A stretch of DNA of 64,000 nucleotides from Chrysomallon squamiferum. Taxonomy: Eukaryota > Animalia > Mollusca. Each line of letters starts with the position of its first letter. Position 1 is the first letter of the stretch. Below the pieces are notes generated by a model. It ran no database searches and had not been told where the DNA came from. It saw only the letters and a list, made by a program, of their open reading frames with translations. Positions 1-13,290 of the stretch are shown piece after piece. The position numbers were made by a program, and so were the translations under genes. Location: positions 8,494,001 through 8,558,000 of the forward strand of contig CM022666.1 in the NCBI GenBank assembly GCA_012295275.1. Direction: 5' to 3'.

Positions 1-1478
1 TGTGCGCCGTAGACTTTCAAGTCTGTAAAAAGAGGAAGCCGGAAGAATTTAGTCATGTTTCTAAACTGAGCGTGTTGTTTTGATGTCGTTTAATAAACTG
101 GTGCAATAAAGCCTCAGAGAAACAAACAAAAAGCATCACTATAAGGTATGTTCTTAATTTTTGTTTGCTGTTATCTTCAAGGATAAACAAATTTTAATAA
201 TAAATAAACAGATAATTTTTTTTTTCTATGAAATTAGAAATAGAAAGAATTTTGAGCACTTTGTTTATATAGTGTAACATCGGCGTTTCTAAGGCTGCAA
301 TTTGAAAATTCAAACGGTGAAACTTAAATATCGATTTTGTCAAACTAATTGTCAGAGTGGATGCCAATAATCTATTTTGAACTTCAAAATTCGAGAAAAG
401 TTATGGTGCTATTGATTTGTTTGATAGAATTTTGATGCCAAAGCTGAAATGAACAATTAGATTTTTGTAATTATGTTACGTTATCCGATCCCATAAAATA
501 TACATAAAGTGGCATTTTGAACAATAATTTAGTTTTATGGTTTTTTTTAACAAGGAGATATAAACTTTAAAATGATACATATTTATTTTAGTTTTGTTTT
601 GTTGGTTTGTTTGGGTTTTTTGTTTTGTTTTCTGGACAACATATATAATTATTTTCAAGAAAATTTAGAAAAAAAAAAAAAAAAAAAAAAGATTATTTCA
701 CCTTTCTTTTATTGTTAAAATGATAATAAAAGTTCAAAATAAATTAAAAATTTCTAAAAATTCATTCATTCTGAAGCGCTTAGCGGCAGTTGCTACAGCA
801 ACTACATGGACGACGTCGTGAAACATATCACCTGGGAGATTAGTTTAACAGTTCCGCTTATAAATGAGCCATTTATTTATTTATGTGTTTATTACTATTT
901 TTTAAGTAACCATAAATTATTTATTTTCAAATTCAGTTTCTTTATTCATTATACTACCAGAAAATACGAGAAATACGTTTACATGTTAAAGTAAAATTTA
1001 AGAATGACATTTTCTAGATTTAGCATCAGCAAATTTGTTGACGATACAGGAAAGGTCTGTTCCATGCCGAGGTTTGTGGTCAGCTTAAGTTGGAGAGAAA
1101 TTGCTCAGTTTGATCTGATCCCTTATGCGGGCACCTAGAAAAAAGGTAGACACTTTGCATGTTACTTTTGTTTCTAGGTCAGTCACATTCTTATCCCATG
1201 TATCAACTTTTTTCATATACAGAGATAAAGATAAAACTTTCCAGGAATCTTTAAAATCAGTTCACTGATAGAAATGGTTGTTCCTTGTATGTTTTTGTAC
1301 CATAATAAATAATTTACTGTTAGCATTTAATACGTATGAATATTTCAGTTAGGATTTGCTTCTGTTTTTACTCATATTATTTTTTTGTCATCTTATTTTA
1401 TTGTATTTTGATTTAATTTATTAATTTTGTTGCTGTTGTCCATTATATTGTTTATTTATTTATTCAAGATTTACTCCT

Positions 1479-2272
1479 ATGGATGGGTTAACAATTGGAG
1501 ACTGCTTTGAGGACGGTGACGGAAGTAGTGATCGTTATGATCATATTCCGGGGAGAGGAGAAACTTCGAGAACACCTACGCGTTACAGATCATCAACAAG
1601 CAATGACCCGACCACACAAACCTCGTTCAGCATTGAGGAAAATCTGGACGAATACCCCCGGCATATGCAAAAATTCATGAAACAATACCACAGTCTTAAA
1701 ATCTGTTTTTTCATTCTTCTGATTTTAAATTCCATACTTGTCGTTCTTTATATTCTGACTGACGGTACGTTCAGTTTGAAGAATTCCACCGAACATGATC
1801 AACTGTACAATAGACTTGTAGCATACATGGACAATAAGTTGCCAACCGACAGAAAAAAAACGTTTTATTTGTGCACGACATATAAAAACCTGTTAAATAA
1901 ACTAAATTTTACGTCTAATAAAGCAATAACTGCAAATCTGAACAATATCTGCAAATCTGAACGACATCCAGGCTACTGCTGCTTCAAATCTACAGATGAT
2001 TTCTTTTCACTCTTCAATGTGGTAAAAATAAATAAATAAATAATTAAATAATTTATTTTTATTAGTTCTGGGAAACAGTCCACCTTATTCATTGCTGTGA
2101 CTGAATTAATTTTTTTACATATAAAACAGAATAATCCTTTTTAGCAATACTTCATTACAATACACTGGTTTCGCTAATTATCTCCCTTATAGCTTTGGTG
2201 GTATCAAGAAATAGTGTAATATATTCTTGTAAATTATGTTTTTCTTTCTTTATCATCATCATCATCTTATTA

Positions 2273-2322
<50 letters not shown>

Positions 2323-2461
2323 TACTGAGCAGTTTAAGAATATCTGGACGCCGCAATTTTCTTTGTAATCGTGACAATTTTATTTTTGAATTGAGAGTTA
2401 TTAGAAAAATACAGCTCTCTGTCTACTATGTGAACAATGGTGTCGTTGTTGTTGTTGCTGC

Positions 2462-2497
<36 letters not shown>

Positions 2498-2645
2498 GAG
2501 ACCATTTATTCATATCACCTCGGGTTCACTTTAAATTCCGATGAGAAAGACCTAGATAGGACATGTCGATTTAATGTGTTATTAATAATAACAACAATCG
2601 AACTGGATTAATTTGACATCTAACATTTTATTATATATTTTTATT

Positions 2646-2680
<35 letters not shown>

Positions 2681-3885
2681 GCTACTGCTACTACTACTAC
2701 TACTACTAATAATAATAATAATAGCAGTAGTAGTAGTAGTAGTAGTAGTAGTAATAGTCGTAGTCGTAGTAGTAGTAGTAGTAATAAAACAAATTTAAAA
2801 AAAATAATAAAATAAGTAAATAAATAAATAAAACAAAGAAATATTGTATGAAGACCCTGTTCAAAACCGTTAAATTTTACTATTATTTCAAAATAACAAA
2901 GAAAAAAAATATATATATATTGTTCACACTAATACACCAATATAGATAGATTTTCTTTTATAAATTTTTTTTTTTTCATACATTTTTGGTTTCTGTTTTC
3001 TCTGATATAAAGTACTGAGTAAGGAAGAAAATAAGTATAATTAAATAAATATATAACTAACGCATTTCGATACAGGTTTTTTATATTTATGAATATGTAA
3101 TTTTTGTTATTTTATTCTTGCAGTTCACAAAGAATTATGTGCAGTATAGAATGAAAATAGGTGAGTGAAAATATTATTTTTAAATATTACATGTAGATGA
3201 TTATAATTGTCAGTAATTAACATTAATTTTTTAATGATTATTACAAATTAATAAGATCAAATAATTCATTAATTATCAGTAATTCTGATGAATTGTAGAT
3301 ATTTATAATTAATAAACATTCATTATCCAAACATCAAGATAGTAAATCACATCTAATAAAAGACAACTTCTACTTGAAAAGTTTATTTCTGTGTTGTCTG
3401 TCTGTCTGTCTGTCTTTCATTCTCTTTATTTATTTTATTTCATTTATCTTTGTTATTAATTTATTAATATTTAATAATAATAATAATGCTGACATTTATT
3501 CATTCACTCATTTATTTATTTATTTATTTATTTATAGCAAAACAAAACTGTTTCACAAATCTCAGTAATACAGAATTATATCATCTTTCTTCAATAAAAC
3601 CATCCCATAAAGACTGTCGTCACTGTAAGTATATAAAACATCGGTATACCAAAGAGAAAAAGTAAAGCAAAGTAAAATACAGTAAAATAACGTAACATAA
3701 AGTGAAATAAAACCGAATTAAATTAAATGAAAGTTAAATGAAATTAAGTTAAGAAATAAAATGAAATAAAATGAAATAAAATGAAATAAAATAAAATAAA
3801 ATAATAAATGATTTAAATTACTGTTTTTTTCTTATATTTTAGCCTAATAGATATTCAGCTGATTTTCAGTTAACATGTTCTTAAT

Positions 3886-3962
<77 letters not shown>

Positions 3963-4296
3963 CAGAACAAACAACAAGAAGTGAAATCAGTTAAATAAAA
4001 TATAACAGTAAATCTCGTTAGGAATAACTCTAAGTGAAAAAGTGAATATTAATACTTTAAACATTCTACTTCCAGCTAATACAGGAAGTCGCAACTGGAC
4101 TGTTCCTTTTACTGGGTACTATTTTCTATACTGCAATTCAATAAACCCGACTACGTACCTCAACACCAGTTCACCACATGATAAGTGTAATGATTTCAAA
4201 CGAATTTTTAAGTTTACAAATGGGACGGTTATTCGCATACTAAATGAATTACCGCATAATGATTTTGATTTCGATTTCGGGATTTACATGCTGTGA
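1479..4296 (+). CDS. TNF-superfamily ligand paralog 1 (type II membrane protein, ~295 aa, shortened TNF homology domain)
   Basis: Exons 1479-2021, 3124-3160, 3538-3624, 4076-4296 (GT-AG, phases 0/1/1, 888 nt). Single TM segment (ICFFILLILNSILVVLYIL), Cys stalk (LC...CCF), TNF signatures VPFTGYYFLY and terminal FGIYML*. Probable non-coding first exon ends at 145 (ataag|gtatgt), acceptor at 1468. The last acceptor (4075) was chosen because it keeps the frame open and has a pyrimidine tract. Confidence 0.7.
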
Positions 4297-4317
4297 TTAT
4301 AAAATTTTGATTTCGTT

Positions 4318-4407
<90 letters not shown>
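3892..4407. repeat. (CT)n microsatellites bracketing the last exon of TNF paralog 1
   Basis: (ct)n at 3892-3957 and 4319-4407. Confidence 0.95.
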
Positions 4408-4412
<5 letters not shown>

Positions 4413-6079
4413 CTATATTTCCTTTTGCACATTCATACGCACTTTGATCATTTGCTCAGTTGAATACCCAGGTATTTCGTCACCATTTGACTACCATCCA
4501 TTTGAATCCACTTAACACCACCATTACAGTTTCTCATATAAAGACACTGAAAATGATAAGCGAGAGTAAACATCCTTTGCTCAGTATGTAAATTCATCCT
4601 TATTAAAGTTTTGTTTTGAGATGAAATTGATTATGTTCATATCCAGCTTTGTCCGACGAGAATAACTTCGATATACTTCGTTTATTAAACACTCCTTTCA
4701 CTGTTGTAATGACTGTTTCAAATCACATTTTCCCTCCATGATTTACTCATCTTTAACGGTAAGTTTTAAATCCTCTGACCGTCAGGCATGCACAAATAAT
4801 TCCTTCGTTTTGTGAAAATAGAAACCAGACACAGACGGACGGTATTCATGGAATTATGATTCATTTTGTATCATCATCATCATAATCATCTTCATCATTA
4901 TTATTATCACCACTTTCATCATCTTAGTTGTTTTATGTTTTAAATATTATTTCTTTTGTTATCCTTCATCAAAAGTTCTTAGATCCAAACTTTTTTTGTG
5001 CATTTTTAAATTTTTCACAGATTTTAGATACAATCAGAGAACAGGATCTAAATCTAAACACAAATTCCATTTAAATTTCATATATACATATAGAGATAGT
5101 CAACAGGATATATATATATATTAAATGTAAGTATATATATATATATATATATTTAATAATTTTAGTCATGAAATTTGAGTGTGATAAATCTAAGATATCA
5201 ACATTTCGGCTGCTTGCACAAAGTTTTGGATTTCAGAGCTTTTCGCATAATGGATCCTCCACTCATAATATTAATTAATATATTAATATACTTACTTCTG
5301 ACTGACATATAACAGAAAATGTAACTTTACCTCATGTATTAAACAATTAAATGGTTATTATTTTGACCTAATCATGATTTAAAATCATTAAATTTGAGTT
5401 TTATATTTTGTTATCTACCCTTTAAATTAAATAAATATTAACAATTTTGCTCGTTGGAGTTCATCTCATTTAAATAACTTATGACATGTGTTTATTATAA
5501 ACATTTAATACGTTTTATATATTTTTCTTGTTCTTTTTTGTTTTGTTTGTTTTGTTTCTTTTTTTAATGAACAAAAATAGTCTTTATTTTCAAAATATAA
5601 TCATGCATGACCCAAATGTTTTATCTTTGTTACTGATCATGATTACTGTTTGATTTTTAAAAGTAAAAAAATAAAAATAAATAGATAATAAAACATTTAA
5701 AAAATTATAATGATTTTCCAGTTGTTTAGAACAAATCCACCAAAAACAAAGGAATACGAGATAATAGGAAGTGAAATCAAAATCTCATTTTTATTTCCAA
5801 AGCCTTTCTCCATTCCCTACTTTAAAACAAAGATTTTAATAGTGATAATTTACTAAATTTAAATTAGTATGTGTTTACTAGTTAAAACACCGATGCTACT
5901 GTTTCCTTTGTAAAGTATGTTTGACATACATGATATAATTTTGAAACGAATCTATGTTTAATTAGAGCGTAAACTACTTGTTTTCATTCTGCAGATACAA
6001 ACTGGTATATCGGTAACAATTTTTGGAAACAAGCTTGCATATTCATGAGAACTCAATTAATATATTAACAATAAACTTT

Positions 6080-6490
6080 GACCTTTCAAGGCGCGGCTTA
6101 CTCCAGCGGCGTAGTTCTTTGTAGCAAACAAGATGTCAGTTAATTCTCGACATGTTATTTAAAGATAACGTTCTTAATGGTCTTTCGGAGAGCTTGCTTC
6201 ACAACAGCTCGCTCTGATTAGCACGTGACCTTTTTCTCTCACTCGGGGCGTAACGGAGGAGGGAGAATACGCCTTCTTCTCTTCAAAACGCGGTGAACAT
6301 AATAATAATTGAAACAAAGTTTCCGTTTCGTTTTGTCTCACATATAATTCTTCACAGAACGGGCTTCGTCAGATGGAAAGTCGTTATGCAGTGACGAGAA
6401 GTGGAAACACGGAGCTTCGTGAAACTGAGGTTTGATTACATTACTGACACACAAGTTTTCACAGACTGAAAAGTCAGCCGCCTTACAATA
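6080..6490. promoter_or_regulatory. CpG-enriched candidate enhancer between the 3' ends of the two TNF genes
   Basis: Local GC/CpG rise in AT-rich DNA. Consensus ISRE AGTTTCCGTTTC at 6318-6329, E-box CACGTG at 6222-6227, and further GAAA half-sites. No ORF. Confidence 0.45.
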
Positions 6491-7417
6491 TTATATGTGT
6501 GTGTTGACACAATTAAAAAAAGAAAGATAATTGTGTTATTATTTTTTATTATATTATATGAGTGAAAAAACCTTCAAGCCTCAGCAGCAAGGAATTTGTT
6601 ATATGCACCCTCACTTGGGTAGGAAAAAATGATTTGTGAAAGGCTATTTTAAATATTTTTTGAGGCATTGCAGGAATTAGAAATAATGTGTACTGATTAT
6701 GTGACCAAACCATCATGCCTCTGTGGGTTTCCATGACGTGATAATTTTTTTACTATTACAATTATTATCTTTGTTTTTAGCACATATTTTCTTTTATTTT
6801 TCTCATGCATCAAGAATTATTATTATTATTATTCTATTAATACTGTTATTAATGTTGGTTTGTTGTTATTATTATTATAAGTAGTAGTAGTAATGGTAGT
6901 AGGAGTTATTATTTTTATTTTGAAAAGAGTATCAAAACATTTTTTTTTTTTTTTGAATTAAATAATAAAACCAACAAAAGATTTTTCATTTATTGTTCTT
7001 TAATAATTCCATCTTCATGCAAAAGAAAATCACAAAATTTAATAACAGAAGGACATAAACCAACACACCTGCATAACAAACAAAATAACAGAACTGTCAT
7101 GTTTTAGTATTATTAGTAACTTGGTGACCTCAAGAAAAAACATTTCAACACAAGAAAGGAGATGAAAATCACAGAGAATTTATTTCAGCACACTTGAGAC
7201 TGTAGCTGAACCAGATTTCTTGATTGTCTAGATTTCACAGCATAGATAATAAGAATTAACTATAAACAGATGAAACAAGAAGAACTACAATAAATAATGG
7301 AAAAATAAATAATAAAAACCATAATTGCATAATCAAATTAGAAGAAATTTAAGAAGAAGAAGAAGAACTACAATAAATAATAATAATAATAAAAATGATA
7401 TTAATAATAATAATACC

Positions 7418-7464
<47 letters not shown>

Positions 7465-7527
7465 CAATTACAACAACAACAACAACAACAAGAAAACTTC
7501 AGCACAAACACACAGATGCAAAACTGT

Positions 7528-7889
7528 TTACACCATAAAAATTCCAAAATAACTTTCGTTATAATAAAATGCATTATAATTTTGAGCATTACATGAAACT
7601 GAAAGTTTGATTGAATCGTTTGTTTTCAGTTTGAAAACTCCCTCAAGTTTCAAATCATTGTTACCAGATGTTTGCAACAAAAGATTATCTCCTCTGAAAA
7701 TCTTAACTGAAATATTTTCCTCTAACTTATTTGAAATCTGGGTGTAGATGAAGTACGTGCCATTTTTTGGTAGTATCAGCTCTTTCTGATTACTTTGAAT
7801 AGTTATTTCTTGTAATACCGTTTTCCCAGGGTTATGTGAATCCTTCACAAACTTCAGATCTAATGTGGGAAAGAAAACAATGTGCGTGA

Positions 7890-7944
<55 letters not shown>

Positions 7945-9467
7945 AGTGTGTGAGTATTTGCATATAATCAAATATTAACAGAGAAAAACAATAATCTCTA
8001 TCATTGGCAATATGAAAAATAATAATATACAGTGCATGTTTTCAAATTTTATTTATTTATTTATTTAAAATAATATTTGGGGGGACTTATATATGTTTGT
8101 ATTTGAGTGTGTGTGCATGTGTGTATGTGTGTTTTATTTGTGTTTATTTGTTCTTATGTATGTTTATGTCTGTATGTGAGTGTGTGCATTTGTGAATGTT
8201 TTTGCATCTAAGTATATGTGTGAAAATATAATCATATATGTCCTGTATCTGAATTACTTATGTTTGTTAAATTTTTGATGCTGTCACAAACACAACAGTT
8301 ATTATGGATGTACAAACCATGAAAATACTTACTTTGTTCTCCAGAACAAATGGAATGTTGATTGTGGAGCTCAAGATGACCTACTGACTTGTTCAGAGAC
8401 TGTGTTAGGCTTTTGTTTGGGTCATAATATTTTGATTTATTAATGGCATTATTAACCTCCTGAAAAACAAAACACAAAAAAAAAGACCAATAATAACCAC
8501 AATAACAACTACATCAAAAATAATAATAACAAAAAAAAAAAAAAATAAATAAATAAATAAAACAATACATATATAATAATAAAAAAAAATATTAATTGTA
8601 GTGGTTGTAAAATGACAGTAGTAGTAGTAGTCATGGTGGTATTATTATTATTATTATTGATAGTAGTAGTAGTTGTAGTAGTAGCATTGGTGGTAGTGAT
8701 ATTATTATTATAGGTAATAGTGATTCTAATATTAATATTTATATATTCAGTCACAATATAATGACAGTTATTTAGAAGTAATCCAAACAAACTGTGCTCC
8801 TCAGAGATTGATACAAAACATCACTGTTGGCAGTGTGTATGACCTGCCAGACACATAGTGGACCTCTACAACTTACAAAAGTTTAAATCAACATTTATCA
8901 ACATTTTTATAAAGGAGGAACCCTTTTAAAAAATATTTTTTTATTTTGAACTGGCCTTAAGGTTTTCCTTGTCTCTCTTTCTGTCTCCTCATCATGTGTT
9001 TTTTTTTTAGATTTTTCAATACATTTTTGTTATTATTAATTAATCATTTTAATTTTGCCCTACAGATCTTTTTCACTCACCTCTTTAAAAAACGAAAGAA
9101 GATCTGCTAACTCATCGAAGCAGCAGACATTCGTGTTTTTTTTGTGGCTTTTTAAATGTGCCACATTATAATGATCACAAGCCATGCAGAGTTTGAATGT
9201 AGACCTAACTTCTTCCGAGAGATCATCAATCTGTGGAGTGACTCTGGATTCTTGTTTCCACAATTTTTGGCCTATAGGACTTTTTATAAGCACAAACAAA
9301 AACAGAAGCAGAATGTTTATAACAATTACAGTTATGTAAACAATTCTGTGCCACTTTGGCCCTGTCCTAAACTGTGTGTACATATATTCATAGTCATCAT
9401 CGTCTTCATTACCATCGTTCTCAGAGCAATGTAATTGTGTACACAAATCAGTCACAACTGAAGGCAT
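7528..9467 (-). CDS. TNF-superfamily ligand paralog 2 (type II membrane protein, ~281 aa)
   Basis: Exons 9467-9081, 8459-8333, 7859-7528 (phases 0/1, 846 nt). TM segment IVYITVIVINILLLFLFVLI; stalk LCMAC...CCF; TNF domain motifs VGHL, LILPKNGTYFIYTQI, GVFKL, ESYFGIFMV*. 5'UTR acceptor at 9791 and upstream donor at 10792. Confidence 0.85.
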
Positions 9468-10792
9468 TTTTTAAAATGTTTTAGGCTTCATTAATCCCAG
9501 AACTTAATTTTGTTGAATCAGTTTAAAATCCTTTAGCTGAATCAAGTTGACACCCTAATTTAACTGAAAAAAATTCAGACTCTTTTAGCTGAAACAATTT
9601 AAGGTTTTTTTTTTCAATTATTATTTATTAAAATAATTTTTCACCAGTTTGGTTGAAGTTATTTTAAGCTCAGTCAGATTGAAAAAATGTTAAGCTAAAG
9701 ACATCCACTTCAAAATGATCCACGAAATCAACTTGGTTGCTTTTGTAAAAAATTCATAAAAGAAAATGTTCTTCAAACTTTGGAGTATTTCTGAAATAAA
9801 AAAGTATATGAATATAATGATGTGATAAAAGAGTTAAAAAAATCAATAGATAAATAAATAATAAAGAGTAAAAAGAAAGTTTAAAAATTTAATCAATAAA
9901 TAAATAATTATAAAAAAATTCATGCATTTTTTGTATGTTGTTTTCTGTTACTTGTTGTAATTAATGTAATAATACAAAGAAGTAAAAAGTAAAATAAAAT
10001 AATAAAATAAAAATAAATGAATAAATAAATAAATTTATAAAAAGTTAATAATAAAAAAAAACTTATTAAAAAAAAAAATGCTCTTTACATGTTTCTATGT
10101 AAGTGTATCTTCTTATATCTGTCTTTCTGAATGTTTCGTTCTCTCTCTGTCTGCATCTCCCTCCTCTGTCTCTCCCCCTGTCTTATTGTGTACCTCTCTT
10201 TACATCATTAGTGATAGCACTAATAGTGATACTAATGGTAATAATATTAGTGATAATGTAGTAGTGTTTTTAGTAGTTTTAGTAATATTAATATTAGCAG
10301 TTCAGAAGATAGAATTAGTACCACTGTAACAGTAGTAATAGTACTAATTGCTGCAGTAGTGGATTTAGTTCTTTTAGTAATATTAATTATAATATTAGCA
10401 GTATTGAAGATAGTACTATTGTAACAGTAATAATAGTAATTGTGGCTATAGTAGCAGAAATAGTAGTGGTAGTAATAGTAATGGTAAAAGTATTATTGTT
10501 AATAGTAATAGAGCAAAAATTGATGCTTATAGTTGTGATAGCTGCAATACGAGTAATGATAGTAGTGGTAATAGTGGGAATGGTAGTAGTAATAGTAGTA
10601 GAGTAAAAATAGTACTAATAGTAGCAATATTAAAAGTAATAGTTATGATGGCGTTAGTAGTTATGGTAGGAGTAGTAGTAGTAGTAGCAGCAGTTGCAGT
10701 CTATTAACAGCGCTTTTTTTTTTCTTTTTAAATATAACTTAGTAGAACTAAAATGAAACATGTTACTGAAATTTGAATTTAAATTCACTTAC

Positions 10793-11115
10793 TTCTTCTT
10801 CTTTTTAGACGCAGGTGTATTTGAATATATTTCTACTCTTACGTCTGCTTTCTATTTCCGCATGCACTTAAAACTAATAACCTCTTTGAATAAATAATAA
10901 TTATGTTGCAAACAAAAATATTTTCTTGATATAATTTTGAAATTTTATTTAACAGGCATTTTGTGGTATTTTAAAAATAATTTTAAAAGATGATTTACTT
11001 CTTAATTTAAGAAGAGCTAATGAGATCATAGTTTGTTTATATTTTGTGGTAAAACCCCGCGCCTGCGCAGTACACGTACCCCGTTGATCAAGGAATAATT
11101 ACTACCAATCAGACC

Positions 11116-11161
<46 letters not shown>

Positions 11162-11296
11162 TTCATTAAAACAATTTATAGAACATACACATAGATATCT
11201 ATTTTACCCTATTTCGGTCAGCATGAATTCCTCACTTTCCGATTTTTATATGGCTTTATGAATACTATATTGTGGAATACAGACGTTCGGGTAAAA

Positions 11297-11330
<34 letters not shown>

Positions 11331-11673
11331 AATAATACAATTTTAGAAGCAAAAATGAATCACTCTGTTTAGTTTTTGTTCGTTTTATTTTATTTTTTTT
11401 TTTTTTAACCCTATCAATGTTCCCTTTCGTGTCTTTTCCGGAAAATTAAACAATCTTTGACATATTAGATATCCCATGACTGGTCTTTCCTCACACTCAA
11501 TCTGTGACGTAATGAGACGTCGCATGGACCAATCAGAATGTGATGTCCACATACCCGGATACGGAAAACATCCCCAGGTTCTGGTGTAAAAACTGAATCT
11601 GCGTTTATGCCTTTCAGTTTCAAATTTTCATAGACTGACTGTATTTAATATTTCAAGTTATTTAAATTAAATA

Positions 11674-11707
<34 letters not shown>

Positions 11708-12120
11708 AATATACAAATAAATAAGCAGCAACAATATCGATGCAAAGGAATACGACTATTATTTTTCAGTTGGCAGTAAGCAGTCCGCCACATGCATATC
11801 CTCACAGGATAGCACATACAACGGCGATCTTAGATCAATCACTGGTGCAGTAATGATTCGACGCATTCATCTGGAACCAGTCTCAGTGCTGAAACGTCAC
11901 CTAAACAAGAAATAGAACTCGTATATTAACTTGAACATTTTATTTTTTTCTCAGGAATCCTCGTTATTTTCCAGGAAATATCTAGTGACCTAACTCATGG
12001 GACATTTACATGGGCAAAAACTCAAGACAAAGTACAATAAGAAGAAAAAATTTGAAAGAAAGAAAGAAAAAAAAAACAAACCACCATATAACCCCGACTA
12101 CAGGGGAATCATTCTGAATT
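10793..12120 (-). promoter_or_regulatory. First non-coding exon and promoter/enhancer region of TNF paralog 2
   Basis: Donor at 10792. ISRE-like GGAAATAGAAAGC (10847-10859, -) and GAAACTGAAAG (11611-11621, -); kappaB-like GGGGTTTTACC (11048-11058, -); NRF1-like GCGCCTGCGCA 11059-11069; TGACGTAA 11505-11512; CCAAT 11529; GAS TTCCAGGAA 11969-11977. Confidence 0.55.
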
Positions 12121-12777
12121 GATTTTTTATATGATAGTCATTTCAAAGGATTCATTACTGAATAACTTAATATAAACGCAACCGAAAAAAGATTTTCTTT
12201 CTTTTTTTCTTTTTTTTTTTTTTTTGTATCTGTAAACTGATTTGGCAAGCTACAAGTTAAGGTTCAGTAGATGGACGTCAAGATTCAAAGATTAGGTTAT
12301 TGTGTATTTTTTAACTGACAGTTACGCTGAAGAGTAAAGATATTTTTCATAAATTTAACATAGGCAGTATTTAGACTATCAAGATGTTTGATTAAATAGA
12401 CTGGGGTAACAAAACAAAACAAAACAAATTTTGCTAATTCTTTTGTAGGTTTGGGGATGACTAAGTGCTAAAAGTATTAAACGGAATAATGCTAGGTCAT
12501 AGGTTCTTTCCTGCTCAGTTGTTATTTTTTAACTCTAATTATCCGCCTGGAACTTAACTATAATTATGTGTGACGTATAGGTTAAATAATAAGTGCAATA
12601 CTGTGTCGTTGAATAAAATATTTTATACTTTTTTTTCATTCTCTCTCGGTATTTTCTTCTTCTTATTTATTTATTTTATTTTTTTTTATTTCCCCCACCC
12701 CAAGGAGAAGGTGTTCTGGAAGAAGAAGAAAAAAATCTTATTAATTGAATACGTACATTAATGCTCATCTCTCTCTC

Positions 12778-12816
<39 letters not shown>

Positions 12817-13258
12817 TATTATTATCATCATTATTAATATTATAAAATTGTTTTTCTATTTTTGTTTGTCAGTTCAATGCTTCCTTTCTTTAATCTTTAC
12901 ATGGTTAATCGCCGCCTTCAATTTTTCTTTGTACAAAATACATTTCATTTTTGTAGTTAACTGTGTCACAACAATGGCATACTCCTTAGCGACTACATGG
13001 ATTACCATTGACAGGAGCCGTTTCAAAAACAACAAAACGATTGCTTGTTACTCGTAAAAGAACAGTGACAGCTGATTTCCTTTCATCTTTTCTGCAGGGT
13101 CCTTAACTGTATGCATGACATATAGTCTAAACTGAAATTTGGATAAATTGAAACATTTGTCTTCTTCATTTCTGTTTTTTTTTTTTAATTATTATTATTT
13201 TTTCAAATTTGTACGGTTATTTCAGTTCAGTTCAGTTTCTCTTTCTTTCTTTCTACAT

Positions 13259-13290
<32 letters not shown>

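Noticed and set aside
1040-1190. H/ACA snoRNA (AGAGAA box and ACA present)
   Set aside because: Hairpin and box spacing do not fit the hairpin-H-hairpin-ACA layout.
2613-2798. Poly-Leu/Val/Ile membrane-like ORFs (also 10078, 17352, 33917, 51449, 55586)
   Set aside because: Trinucleotide microsatellite artefacts in introns or intergenic DNA.
4020-4024. Acceptor at 4021 creating t|ga near the conserved TNF Trp, suggesting A-to-I stop recoding
   Set aside because: The acceptor is weak, and the 4075 acceptor gives an open frame without editing. There is no evidence beyond position.
4297-7527. AU-rich elements in the TNF 3'UTRs
   Set aside because: ATTTA is ubiquitous in this AT-rich background and the transcript ends are unknown.
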